NCBI GenBank assembly: GCA_017499595.2 | Contig: CM039007.1 | Span: 2,790,001-2,854,000, forward strand | From: Psilocybe cubensis | Lineage: Eukaryota | Reading direction: 5' to 3' | DNA: 64,000 bases | In this document: positions 22,736 to 34,720 of the stretch, one piece after another | How positions within the stretch are numbered: position 1 is the first letter of the stretch | Layout of the letters: each line of letters opens with the position of its first letter | The notes under the pieces: model-generated | The model's database searches: none | Told to the model about the DNA's origin: nothing | Seen by the model: only the letters and a program-made list of their open reading frames with translations | Translations under genes and position numbers: made by a program

Positions 22736-23449
22736 TCAGGACTGGGGACTTCTAGTTTGAATTGATCTAGGATATCACATCAAAATTTTAACAGTAATTT
22801 AGTTGAATTATTATACCGATGAATGGTATTATTTTTAAACACAAGCACTGAATGCTATCCTAGATGTTCCTGAACTCGAACCAACCATCTGCTTCCCGCT
22901 GTATCAGGGACTCGGAAGAATTATCTAGCTTTGGGGAGAAGGCACGTGTATCGGGAGAAGAACTGTTAGCTTTATGATTGACTGATTATTATTGACTCAG
23001 CGCTCTTGCTTTATGCTCAATCTGTTTGAAAATAGCCCGTCCCAAATTATCTAAAATACAATTTGCCTTGTTCAATGTGTAATAATAGAACCCAGAAGAT
23101 TGCAGATAGGAAATAGGAGAGTCCCGATGCAATTTTTATATTCACTGACGCTTTTATCCGTACTATTGCTTCTTCACTCATTTTCCCCAGGTATTGACTG
23201 AACTGTTTGTATATTGAGATCGAGAAGACAGGGTCCCATTACTGAGAGTTGCAAGTTCAACAGTCCATGGATTCGCCATTATTCATCCTTTGAATTACAT
23301 TGCAAAGTACGCTCAGTCTCTTCTCCCGAGTGTACCTTGTGCATGCTGACCTCACGTCTACTACTGAATTTTTGTGCTAATTGAAAAGTATAAGAAGGGT
23401 GTTTTGTCTCTTTACTGGTTCAGCAAGTCAACGACTCTGCCAACTCGAC

Positions 23450-23923
23450 ATGCAGTTCACCACCAAATTCACCAGCTTCCTTGTGGCCATCGCGTCTACG
23501 GCCGCTGTTGCACGCTCGAGCGTCATTGCTCGTGTAAGTTGATACTACTGCGATATATCAAAGGGTTTGCACTAACCATCGTTCTTTTAGAACGACCTCG
23601 CAGCGTTGTCTGTGGTATTTTTTGATGACACCAATCTGAGAGGCTCAGCATACTCCCCCGACGGCCTCGTTCAGTCTGTCTGCAGCACACTTCCCGGCGA
23701 CTGGCTTGACAGGGCAGAGAGTGTTGAGATTGCATCAGGATTCACTTGCACATTCTTCGAGTATGTACATTCACCACTTTAACTGGACATTGGATAGACG
23801 TCTTTTTTCAGATTCCAAGGATGTGAAGGCCCTGGAACGACCCTCTCTGGAACCATCATGTCCCTTCCTGACCCATCGCTCTACAACAACGTCGAATCTT
23901 TCAGTTGCAACAAGGCAGTTTAA
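23450..23923 (+). CDS. Small secreted beta/gamma-crystallin-like protein, copy 3 (near-identical to copy 1)
   Basis: Exons 23450-23533, 23591-23760 and 23812-23923 give 121 aa in frame. Confidence 0.8.
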
Positions 23924-24056
23924 GAGAGAATCCATGACAGTAATATATTTGTTCATATGTATTGTCAATAAACAATAAGCAAATGGTTCATTGAAGAATC
24001 TGCCACGCTTAAGGCAACGTGGTTAAAGAGAATCGATCTCTACATAGCGTTAAAAT

Positions 24057-25843
24057 CTACATCAATTGAAATCTATAATTCCTGACAATCAGGCGTTTCA
24101 TACCTTTACCCTTTGAATTATCCGCGGCTTCCACCGCTGAGTATTCGTCTTGCGGAGAACATCCTGCGTCAGATATCTGAGTAAGCTGGCACTCTATATC
24201 GGACTGGAAGACAAGTCGAGAGACAACTTCAGTGCTGTCATAACTTGGTGGTAAATATCTGTTTTGTAAACTAGGGTCCCTTAAATTGAGCATCAACCTG
24301 GAGATCATCGAGGACGAAAGTCTGTTAAAAAGTGGCATCAGATTGCTTTCTAACCAGAAGCCGTCTAATAGAAATGCGAACACATTAGCCAGTGTGGCTG
24401 TCATTCCTCGAAGATATGGCTACAAATTCCTTCGTTTAGATTTGAGCATGGTTTTCTTTTATGACGTACTGGGAATGCCTGGAATGAAATTAATCAGATA
24501 ATATTTGACCGTTGTGCGACGTTCTTTGGACATACATGAAAGGATAGAATCACAGAAATGGCCATCAAGACCATGACCCTGATCCACGCGTCATTAAATT
24601 AACGATATTGTGTAAAAAAGGTTATAATACCCGAAGTACATAGCGCCTGAGGATATGGACGATTACCAGGTTGAGACCATGAAGATACGTAAAATGATGG
24701 TCAGTGACTCACCATCGCGAATTAGAATATCAAGTATAGAAAAGCCATTACGTCGTATCCTGAGGGACTGGTATAGAGTTAAGAAAAATACGAGAGCATC
24801 GAAGACTACGTGTCCAGTCCAGGCTTCTGTCACTCCTATTTGCGAAAAAATTGCCCAGAATGAGTAACCGTTTGGACCATGACCAAGGCGCCTACCCTTC
24901 GTGCTGGTTTGTAAATGGCAATAATTAATAAATTCAATACATTTGATGGTAAAGAGATGACTATATTACATACCTGTCATCTGGAAGAGGAAGAAGACAC
25001 CCCACAGGTAGCAATTGAGACACCAAATGCGGGTCCCGGGTTTTAACCATAAACAATGACACCTAAAGACTTGAATTCAAGATATATAACAAGGAAATGA
25101 CGAGCTCAAGACCTACCACTCCATATACCGTAACAGATAGAGCGACGATACATAGAAGCGCCAGGATGCGCCGACTTTTTCCATACAACGCATATGTTCT
25201 GATTATCGATACCCCTATCAAGAAGGACACTTTGGTATTGAGCGCAGAGAAATGGGAAATATATACCTCCGACAATTAATTGCAATGTGACAATTAAATA
25301 TTCATTGTAGTAGTTGATGTTCAAGCACCTGCGGTGGCTCTTAATATCAGCGTTGAAGCAAGGGTAGAAAAACTCTCACGTCTATGCATCAAATGCCATA
25401 TAATGTCACAACTTCGAAGAACCACCCAGTACTTGCAGAACTTACCTGTAGGCGATCTGAAATTCCAGGCCAGTTCCAAAAGTACAAAAATATGATTGGA
25501 ATGTGTCCAAGAACGGCCGTGTATCGATTAACGAAAAAGAGAATGAAGGCTGGGGTGTATTTGGACTGAGGTTGCCAGTAAAGATCGACTTCATTTGGCA
25601 AGGTGAGAATGTAATCATAGTAGAGAATGACTATGTAAAGTAAAAGATTAAACATCCTAACTCATGGGATTTTAACTGAAAGAGAAGGCTGCTCGCTGAC
25701 CAAATGAAGCACATAAAAGACAGTTGTAAGTAAAACTGCGAACACAGAATGAAATATTTATATTAGCAGATAAGGGGATTGAGAAGAACGACTTACAGTT
25801 GTCCTTGGAGTAATATATTTTGGTTTATCGAAGCCTCAGACAT
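24057..25843 (-). CDS. DUF6533-domain multi-pass membrane protein
   Basis: ILYYDYILTLPNEVDLYW..FILFFVNRY, IIRTYALYGKS, ILIRDGAMYF and MISRLMLNLR, typical of the agaricomycete family. Confidence 0.8.
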
Positions 25844-27266
25844 GGCAATGAATACGAAACCTGCTCGCGTGGATGGGTCAAAGCAAGTCAAGCTCAGACG
25901 TGGTAGAAGGGATGATGGCTGTCTGAAAGCATGTTAACAACTTGCAGATATATCGGATTCTCACACCGTTTAAATTGTATCCTGCTCCATCTGAATCTGT
26001 GGCCAACTGCGCAACTGCCACATTGTCGAGAAATAGTTGGACATATTTTCTTAATGGAGCAGTATTAGAATGTAGATGTCAAGAAGCGATGTTGTGAGGT
26101 GGGAAGATATAGTAGCTTCAAAGTAGCCATGGAATAGGAGTGCATTGATATGTCCTCTTGAGTTTCAAGGTACGAAAATAATACTGACAGGCAAAGTTAC
26201 GGCCTCGGTGAAAATCAGCGCCCATCCATAGACGTGGCAGTGACAAGCAGTGATGAACACAAAACTGCCCAATTTCTAACCGCCACTTTATGGGGTAGTA
26301 TTTTGGATGTTATACTCGAAGGACGCCTGGGAGCGAGATCACAATTCATAAATCTCTTTTGATCAACTCGATGTTCTTCGGTCAATCCTCTTCTTTCGGA
26401 GTCGCTTCCGAGAGATGCAAAGTTTTGTGCACCTCATGCAAACATTCGTTCTTTGGCAATACGTCGGCCATGGCCCATGGGGTACAAGGCTGAGACTTGT
26501 CACCATTGAAGGATATTCTGCGACGTATGGATTAACAATCGTAGTGGCCTCGTATTTAGCAAAGTATTCCGGGGATAAAGAAATATGGGAAATATGAATA
26601 CTCTGCTTATATACGGTGTATTTCCTATGATTGGATAAAGCCTTGAGATATACTGTACAACCTTTCAAGGAGCAGATTAATTATAATGCCGATTTATGGG
26701 AGGCTTATCCTTCATTTTTTGCCATTTTCTTATCAGTTCATTTGTCACTTTTAGTTTTCTGACCAATATACCATGTAGCTGAAATACTTTACTAGCTGAA
26801 CGTCTCATTCGAGGAGTAGAAGAATACAAAATTATGGCCAACGATATCGGGAAATCATTGTCATTAGAACCGTGGGAAAGTGACCTTTGCGTGTACGCAA
26901 TTTCCGTGGTTAACAAGCTGCACTGCTTATCAACCTGCTCTACATCCTTAACTCCAGAGGCTAGTATACCTGTCACGTTATGGTTGCATTGGCATTGTTT
27001 TTGACTGATTGATTTCGTCATCTCACTTGATTATATTCGACGTCAATGAACATTTAAACCTTTACCGTCAATGCATACTATGATTTCGTATTTTTAAATT
27101 CAAACACTGATAGAATTCAAATTGTGATACACAAAATTTGAAACGTCAAGAGTCCCGAAATCGTGTATAGTACATTGAATCCTCACTCTCAACATTTAAT
27201 CACGAAAAAACAAAAACTAAAAAGCAGAATTGAAGCGAAAAGACGAAATTTCAAGAATGTCCCTGC

Positions 27267-29045
27267 TCAACCACAAATATTGGGATATTTGTAGTCGGTA
27301 GGGTCCTGAGGAATCCAGCCGTTCTCAAGCCCAGCCTTGTACGACCACTCATCTGCATTCTCCATCTTCCAGGTCCACATAACCCATCCCTCACCACCCT
27401 TCTCGTACGACTGGGTCTGGGCCTCCCAGTACCTGCGCATAAATTCTTTGTAGTCCTCGCTGAAGGTTGACGCCTTTCCGGTCCTTCCAATGCAACTGCC
27501 GACACGGTTGGTTCCGGGAAGGGTACCGTCATACCGTTGGCCGACGAATCTCCCAAGGAGATGAGGACCACAGTCATTGTTAGTGGCCGTCCACTCGCCA
27601 ATGATGGTCATCATGGGTGACTTTGACATGATGGTTGCGTTCGTGCAGGCGCGTTGGATGTGCTCGTCGTAGGTCATGTGGGCGTCCTAAAAGTGGCGCA
27701 CAAATATATGAGCTTTGAAGATGATGTGAATGATGTTGTCTCACATGGTCGTTAAACATCTGATAGATGTGGGTATCCATGATGACTCCCTCGTAGGTGT
27801 TGTTGGGCATGAAATTGTTCCAGTAGCTCAAGTGTTGGAAAGCGTCGTGGATCATGACGACCAAGTTGCTCTTTTTCTTTCCGCCAAGAGGGTTGCTAAT
27901 GATAATTAAATGATTAGTTTGAGGTAGAACAAAGTCTCGAGAAAGACATACCGAATGGCATCATAGCTATCATAGTAGTACTGGAAAGGAACAGGCAATG
28001 TTTAATAAAAGTAAATCAAGAAACAGGTATGAGAAAGCGTGCCTTCTTGAGGACTTCCAAAAGTTCGGGGTTCAGGATAGCTTTACGGAACCCGGCAGCT
28101 CTGAAAAAACGATATCTAAAAACTTAGTCCAAGAATAATGAAGCAGTAACCTACTCGTTCATGACTTGAATGATGGAAACCACATCTGTCTGGTCTTCAA
28201 ACATCGCCGTCAATGTCTTCATTACGTTGACGGTACGGTCAACGTTTGTCTGGTTTTTATGCCAGTATCTACGGGCTCTTCGGGTAAATAATGATAAGAA
28301 TATTGAAGAATTAGTCTTACGCAGCGTCACGGAAATGACCAGAATTGATGAATCTGGAATTTATGCTTAGTTGGTGTTGAAGCGCAAAAAATACGAAACC
28401 AACCCATTTTGACTACTAGGAGCACCTATAAGGAGAAGGTTAATGAGCGAGAGCGCGAGTTTAAAGACAGAAAATATCTTACCGTACAAAGCCACAATAA
28501 TGTGTATGTTGTACTTTCTTGCCCATTCCACGGCTTTGAGAAGATATGGTAGTTGTCCTTGATAGTATGGATCATCTGGTCCACGCTCAAACATCCAATG
28601 TCCTATCGGGATTCGAACGTGATTAAGACTGATTAAAAGAGGAAGGATTAATAAAGAAATAGGGACATTGATGTGGCTGACACTGACCCAGCAGCAGCGA
28701 TTTCTTCAAAGTCTTTCTCGGTTATAAAGGTATCCCAGTGCTCTTTGAGAAGCTCTTCTGCACGAAGCTTCGGCATATATTGTCCAAAGGTGTATTCATC
28801 AACAACGCGAGCGTCTCCGGTTCGATCAAAAAGCGAAGGTGTCGTGAATGACTGTGTGTAAGGAATCAGACAGAGTTCATGAGCTGGAAATTCGATCCCA
28901 CCTCTAAGACAAGCCAGCCACCCAAGTTTACGCCCCTTATTTTTTCCTCTCCGTATGGAAACCCATATTGGAGAGCACCGAGAATGGTCGGGACTAACGC
29001 CAAGCAAGCGAGTAGAGATACTAAAAGACGAGAAATAGAACTCAT
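27267..29045 (-). CDS. Secreted GH5 exo-beta-1,3-glucanase (Exg1-like)
   Basis: Signal peptide, KIRGVNLGGWLVLE, HWDTFITEKDF, LNHVRIPIGHW, GAPSSQNG, MDTHIYQMF and IIGEWT. Confidence 0.9.
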
Positions 29046-30252
29046 TGAAAGGGTATATAGAGTGTGAATGCCAATTAAGGGTAGAGAAGAAGCGAAAAAA
29101 GAGAACGAGGTAGTTCGTTGTATTGTATGATGGATAGATATTCCATTTTATAAGGTTTGGATTCGTGAATTGACCAGTTACATACCGAGCCCAGGACGGA
29201 ATCTGTTTAGCTGATAGGAGGATTCCAATCATAAGAACACAAAAAACTCGGGGCGGCCAAGTTGGATTTCAAATAATACTTAGTTTGCTGGAGGTACGCC
29301 GCTTGAAGGCTTTTAATAAAATCCTGAGCCACGAAAAATTGTGCGGATACTGGTGGATAACTCAATAAGCGCTCCTTGCTGAATCGACGGGCTTCCACAT
29401 TCGTTGGCAATCAGTAATCCCTTCCTTACCCCTTCCATTTATATGGGTAGGTGTCCCAACAGGATGTGTAATTGAGCTACAACCTGAGGATGGCATATAC
29501 GAGTCCCAAAGCTTCTTATTTCCATTTAGTCAATCTGCAGTGATTCCTCGTACTTCAGGGCTCAACGTTTTGGGTTTATTTGATGGGATTCCCGGCGATC
29601 ACTCGGCATACCTGTCGGACAGTATCTGCCTCATATTTATGCACCTCAAGCTTCCCGCTCTCCATACGTGTAACACTACGAATTGTGATATATCTCAAGT
29701 ATATTGATTATCTATTCTAAATGTCGCGTGGAATGTAACGGAATGCCTGCGTAAAATAAGGCGGTATTCGGAGTTCGAATATATTGCCGCCAAGCACACT
29801 CGTGCCGACAACTAGGGCCGGCACCTGATAAGAGAGGAGCACGGCCGTGGTGGCATGGCCAGCCTACCTTCGGCATTTCGGCCGACTGTTCATGCATGCT
29901 TTTTATAACAACTTTCATTTCGACCCACCAGAACCCTAGCCAAGTCAGTGACTTTCAACGACACCGCACTTTTGGTCACAACCAGTAAAAGTCGGCACCT
30001 AATAACGAGAGATGTAGAAAATGTTTTACTTAGAAAACTTTCTATGGATAAAAATTGCTATGATAATTCAATTTGACATACTCAATAAGAGTATTTATAG
30101 CCTGGGAATGAGTATGATAGCCCTATTCATGACAGAGAGCAATGGTGGTTGTTAAAACTGTCAAGGCATGAGCGTAAGACGTGGTAACCACCTCTTATTA
30201 ACCCCCCATTGCTCGTCAATTTCCAAGTAAAACCCTACCCAGCTTTACTATC

Positions 30253-31926
30253 ATGCACTGTGCACTATGCGAGGATCATGAAACCTTGATTGGAAGCGAG
30301 GTATACGGGGCCTGCAAACTCTTAGATGGGTCTCCGTGTCATCCATGCCAGCAACACATCGACCTGGAATTGGAAATTCGAGCGGCAAAGCAAACCCTCG
30401 ACAAACTTCTCGCTCGTCGACAAAATATTCGAACTGGGATCAACCACCGACATGACCCAATTATTAGCAAACTTCCGCAGGAGCTAACAGCAAAAATATT
30501 TGAGGCATATCTCCAGTTCAACGTGGATGATCAGGATTGGGAGATTCATGAAACTCCTTCTCCTTTGTTGCTCGGTGCTGTTTGCAGCCCCTGGCGCCAA
30601 ATTGCGTGGACGTCTCCCCAGTTATGGAGTCACATCCGGATATCCATACCAACGCCGGAGAAGTGGAATGTCAGGCCTATCGATGTAGCTCGAGCGTGGC
30701 TGGACAGATCCGGAAATTTACCACTATCCATTTACGTTTACCTTCCCTGTCACGAATCCTGGCCAGCCAAAGACCCCAAGGGGCAATATTTCCAGTTCAT
30801 TGACATGATAAACAGCCATTCACACCGCTTTCAGGATCTACGCCTTCACTGCTCACCGACTGTTCTACACATGTTCCATGGAAATTCTCAGGGTTCCCCT
30901 CAGTTGCGAAAGCTGTGCCTGTCCGTGTTTGATGTGGAGGTGGGACCGGAAGAAGAATTCTCAATCGCTACTGCGAGCACTGGTGCCAAAGCGTGTCCTT
31001 CTGATATTCAGATATCCAATATTCATTTTAGGTGGCTCAGCCTGGATTGGAAAAATTTGGATCGCGTAACGTTCTACCGAAATACCATTTATTTGGACGA
31101 CTGTGTCGTACTTCTTAGAGAGGCTCCGGCTCTCAGGAACCTTGTACTTGTTGATGTTAGTGACCCAGAGGATACAGAAGATTGGCGCGAGGACGCTTGG
31201 CCTCAGTACCCAATTATACACCATGGACTTGAACGATTTAGATTTCAGGGGTATAAGGGTCACGAGCTTGGGAGGTTTTTCAACAGCTTTGCGTTTCCTG
31301 GTCTCAAAAATCTCGAACTCTACAATATCACAGATCCCTCGTTGACGACCTACTTAATATCGCTCTTCAAAAGATCACCCATGCCCCATTTCACAAATTT
31401 GAAAGTCTTGCCACCTGCTAACGATGACTATACAACACTGGTCGAACTGTTGAAAGCAGTTCCGTTTCTCGAGCATTTCGATATTCCAAACTCTCTTTCA
31501 ATTGAAAACGTCATGAAAATCCTTGAAGTTCTTGCCCACTCAGCCGTCATAGTCGATAACGATGACGATGAAATTGAACCATTTGACTCCTTCCTCCCAA
31601 ATCTTCAAAGTATTTCTTACAGTGAATCCATGTTTGGAGAATCAATTCTCGACCACCCTTTATTCTGGCTTATCATATCCCATATAAATGGTCCTCCCGA
31701 AGAGATTATTCATTGGACTCCCAATGCAACTGGCAGACGTCCTCTCAAACACATATCAATTTCTTGCTTTAGGAGCTCCCTAACCGAGGATTCTGCAATA
31801 TGCACTGACGTATTTATTGTTAAACACTTGATTGACCTAATTGCAGCTGGGGTAAGGTTCGAAATTGAAGATGGTACGGTAGATGTCATCAAAGCATCGA
31901 TGTCCTTTCATGGTTTAGCTTCATAG
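30253..31926 (+). CDS. F-box domain protein (fungal F-box/LRR-like)
   Basis: Intronless 557 aa; ISKLPQELTAKIF..PLLLGAVCSPWRQIAWTSPQLWS, WLDRSGNLPLSI. Confidence 0.85.
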   Translation: MHCALCEDHETLIGSEVYGACKLLDGSPCHPCQQHIDLELEIRAAKQTLDKLLARRQNIRTGINHRHDPIISKLPQELTAKIFEAYLQFNVDDQDWEIHETPSPLLLGAVCSPWRQIAWTSPQLWSHIRISIPTPEKWNVRPIDVARAWLDRSGNLPLSIYVYLPCHESWPAKDPKGQYFQFIDMINSHSHRFQDLRLHCSPTVLHMFHGNSQGSPQLRKLCLSVFDVEVGPEEEFSIATASTGAKACPSDIQISNIHFRWLSLDWKNLDRVTFYRNTIYLDDCVVLLREAPALRNLVLVDVSDPEDTEDWREDAWPQYPIIHHGLERFRFQGYKGHELGRFFNSFAFPGLKNLELYNITDPSLTTYLISLFKRSPMPHFTNLKVLPPANDDYTTLVELLKAVPFLEHFDIPNSLSIENVMKILEVLAHSAVIVDNDDDEIEPFDSFLPNLQSISYSESMFGESILDHPLFWLIISHINGPPEEIIHWTPNATGRRPLKHISISCFRSSLTEDSAICTDVFIVKHLIDLIAAGVRFEIEDGTVDVIKASMSFHGLAS

Positions 31927-32097
31927 TGAAATTTGTAGCGATGCCTCATACAATGCATTTCGTGAAATTCACTTCAGGCCTACGGAAAATGGTATATAGA
32001 AGTTGTCCATCAGCGCAGTGAACTCTTACTGCAAGCGAATGTTTATCTTGTAGGTACTTGAAGATACAATACACGTACCTAAATAATAAAAAAAACC

Positions 32098-33337
32098 TTA
32101 AATTGTACGCTGATTGCGCAACGTCAGATCACTGTATAATGTCCTGAGCAACTTGCTTACCTTTACTGCGGTCCAACGAACCATGACATCCTTTATCTTG
32201 TCCTCAAGCAACTTTGTGCATTGGGTACAAGTGAGATGCTCAAGAAGTGGATTTAAAGCGTTGCCGAGTATGTGGGTGGATATATCTTGTTCAAGCGACT
32301 CAGTAAAGCCAGATATTAATGAAAGACAGTACTCTACCAGGCTTGGCGTCCCACACGAGATATGCAGACACGAGGGCCCACGCACGGGTAACCTTTCTCT
32401 GTTCTTCAAAGCTACAAGTGTCCGTCTCCGGGTGTGGCTCAGGCGCGTGAAGAAGAATATCTTTGAGCGCTGTAAAACGCCCCGAATGCAGCAGTAGCAG
32501 TCGTTTCAAGTACACAGGTCCGATACGCTCAGCCATTTCGTCGGACACCGTCGACATATCATGCGAGAGCAGATGAGATGACACGGTCGATGCGAGCGGT
32601 GCCAGGTGGTGGTGTGCAGCCAATGCATACGAGTCAAGCGGATACAGGGGTGCATGTGCAAGTAGTAGCTGGTACAGAGGGGTATGAGGTGTAATGAGAT
32701 GCTCCGCGGATAATCCATAGGATGGCATACGGTCGATAGCGCGCACGAGCATCTCGAACGATGGTGCATTGTCGGCTGGGGACGTCTTGTAGAGTGCATG
32801 AAGAATAATATTGAGTTCTCCACTTGGCAGATTAAGGACAATCACTGTGGTACGGTAATAAGGATCAGAAAGCGGTGCAATTAAGCACGGCCTGAATGCG
32901 TCGGGAAGAGCCTTGAGAATGTTCTGGTAAATGGTATAAAAGTAGACATTGTCATTTGACGCAAATATAGTATTTGGAGCCGGGTCGGTGTTTGGTGGGA
33001 AGGAGGTTGAAATGGATATGACGTCGCTTCGATACTCTGAAGTTGGGTAAGTATGCTGTTCGGATTCTTCGCCAATTGACCATCCACTAGATGACTGTTC
33101 TGTCCCCCAGGAGAAGTACTGTTGTTGTTGCTGCTGTTCTATCATCGACATCTGCTCCTGCGATGTACCCGGCTCGATAGGGGTGGGCAAAGGTTTCTAG
33201 ACTCTTCAACAGTGCGTAAAAGCAGTAAAGTTGACAGATATACTCACCAAAACAACTGGCGTACCTGGGTATTGCATGTCATTTCCGTCCGTTGGCGCGG
33301 CCATTGAGGTGTACGCATAGTTTTCGTCATTATACAT
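32098..33337 (-). CDS. Agaricomycete BTB/POZ-like hypothetical protein
   Basis: IFASNDNVYFY, LNIILHALY, YALAAHHHL..LSHDMSTVSDEMAERIGPVYLKRL, RAWALVSAYLVWDAKP, HLTCTQC. Confidence 0.7.
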
Positions 33338-34720
33338 CCTTCAAAATCTTTTGCAATAGACAATGAGGGAGTTGGGCACTTGCACTGCTCTGAAGGTGGA
33401 TGTGGAGTTGAAAGATACTTTTCTCAATACCGACGGAATATGACTTATGACGCACATATAGATATTTACTAAATGCGAAGATCGGAAGATCATTCAAAGT
33501 TGGAAGGTGTGGGGCGCGATATCATAGCCGGTCCAAACGATGGGAAACTTGAGGAAGCACGTTTCTCTGTTCGATGATCTCCATAATATGATCCATAGTA
33601 GTATCTGCAGAAACGGCCAAAACTAAACAATGAAAGTCAGCGTACAGAGTACCACCAGGTGCGTCGATGCCCAACCTTAGCCCCTGGCGTCGTAATGACG
33701 GACCTTTCGATTATGCCTCCCCGTAGTAGTGGTTCAAGTACAGCTTACAGTTCGGTTATCGAACATCGCGTAAGTCCAAGGGCCGCGTGACTATGACGTC
33801 TCCATGGAATGTAATAGAATATATCGTCATCGTCGTTCTTGCGGCATCAAAGGGGTTATTTGGTATAATTATAGCGCCACTATCAGTACTCTCTGGAGTC
33901 TAAGAACGATTAATTTGCTATGCCAGTAGTACCTGGCATGCTCTAGGTAGAATCTTACCGCATCACAAACGTCGGCAGGTCTCGCTGGTAAGTTCGCACG
34001 GGGTGCCATTTTCGCACGGGGTGACGATCAAAACACTTGTGGAACACGTGTGCTTAAGCATTTTGGGTCCCCACCAGTACAAAGGGGAGGAAGCTCCTTG
34101 CAAGCTCCCCAACAAGAAAATGTTTTCTAAAATCAGACTCACAAAAACTCCTAATTATACTACCACCTGCAGTTTATTGAAGCATTGTGAACTCAAAGGA
34201 TGACAGAAAAAGAACATAAAAACAACGAGTGAATGACATAGATAGAAAGATTAAAAGTTTCAGTGAGGAGTTAGATGATGGGCACAGTTTAATGGAAGTC
34301 AAGTCTTTAGGAACATCAAAATTCTCAATAGCCAAAGATGGTCAAAAGTATCATTTTGAGAATTCTTTTACTGACCCACAAAACTACGTATGTAGGTGTA
34401 TTGCGGTTTACACCATCTGATTAAATTGTAGGAACTAGAAGTACACGTCCCACCCTTCCAACCTTTCATTAATTCCTACAGTTGATAAGAAAGTGCTCCA
34501 AATAAACGTTGATAATCAGCCCCAGAGTCCAGCGCCCAAATATATATAAGACGGACCAATCAGAAACTGGCACCATCAGCCTCATGTCACTTTTACAAAT
34601 ACCACCGACGCTGTCGCCACACGCCATGTCAAGCGATGTGCATGTTAGCTTTCTCATACCATGAGCATCCACTGAGCCCCGCGTCGTCGTACATGAGCTT
34701 CATTCACATCTGCATCGACG

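Noticed and set aside
28080-28180. GH5 acid/base motif reads NEA rather than NEP across an intron
   Set aside because: The catalytic Glu and the nucleophile (GEWT) are retained; a minor variant.
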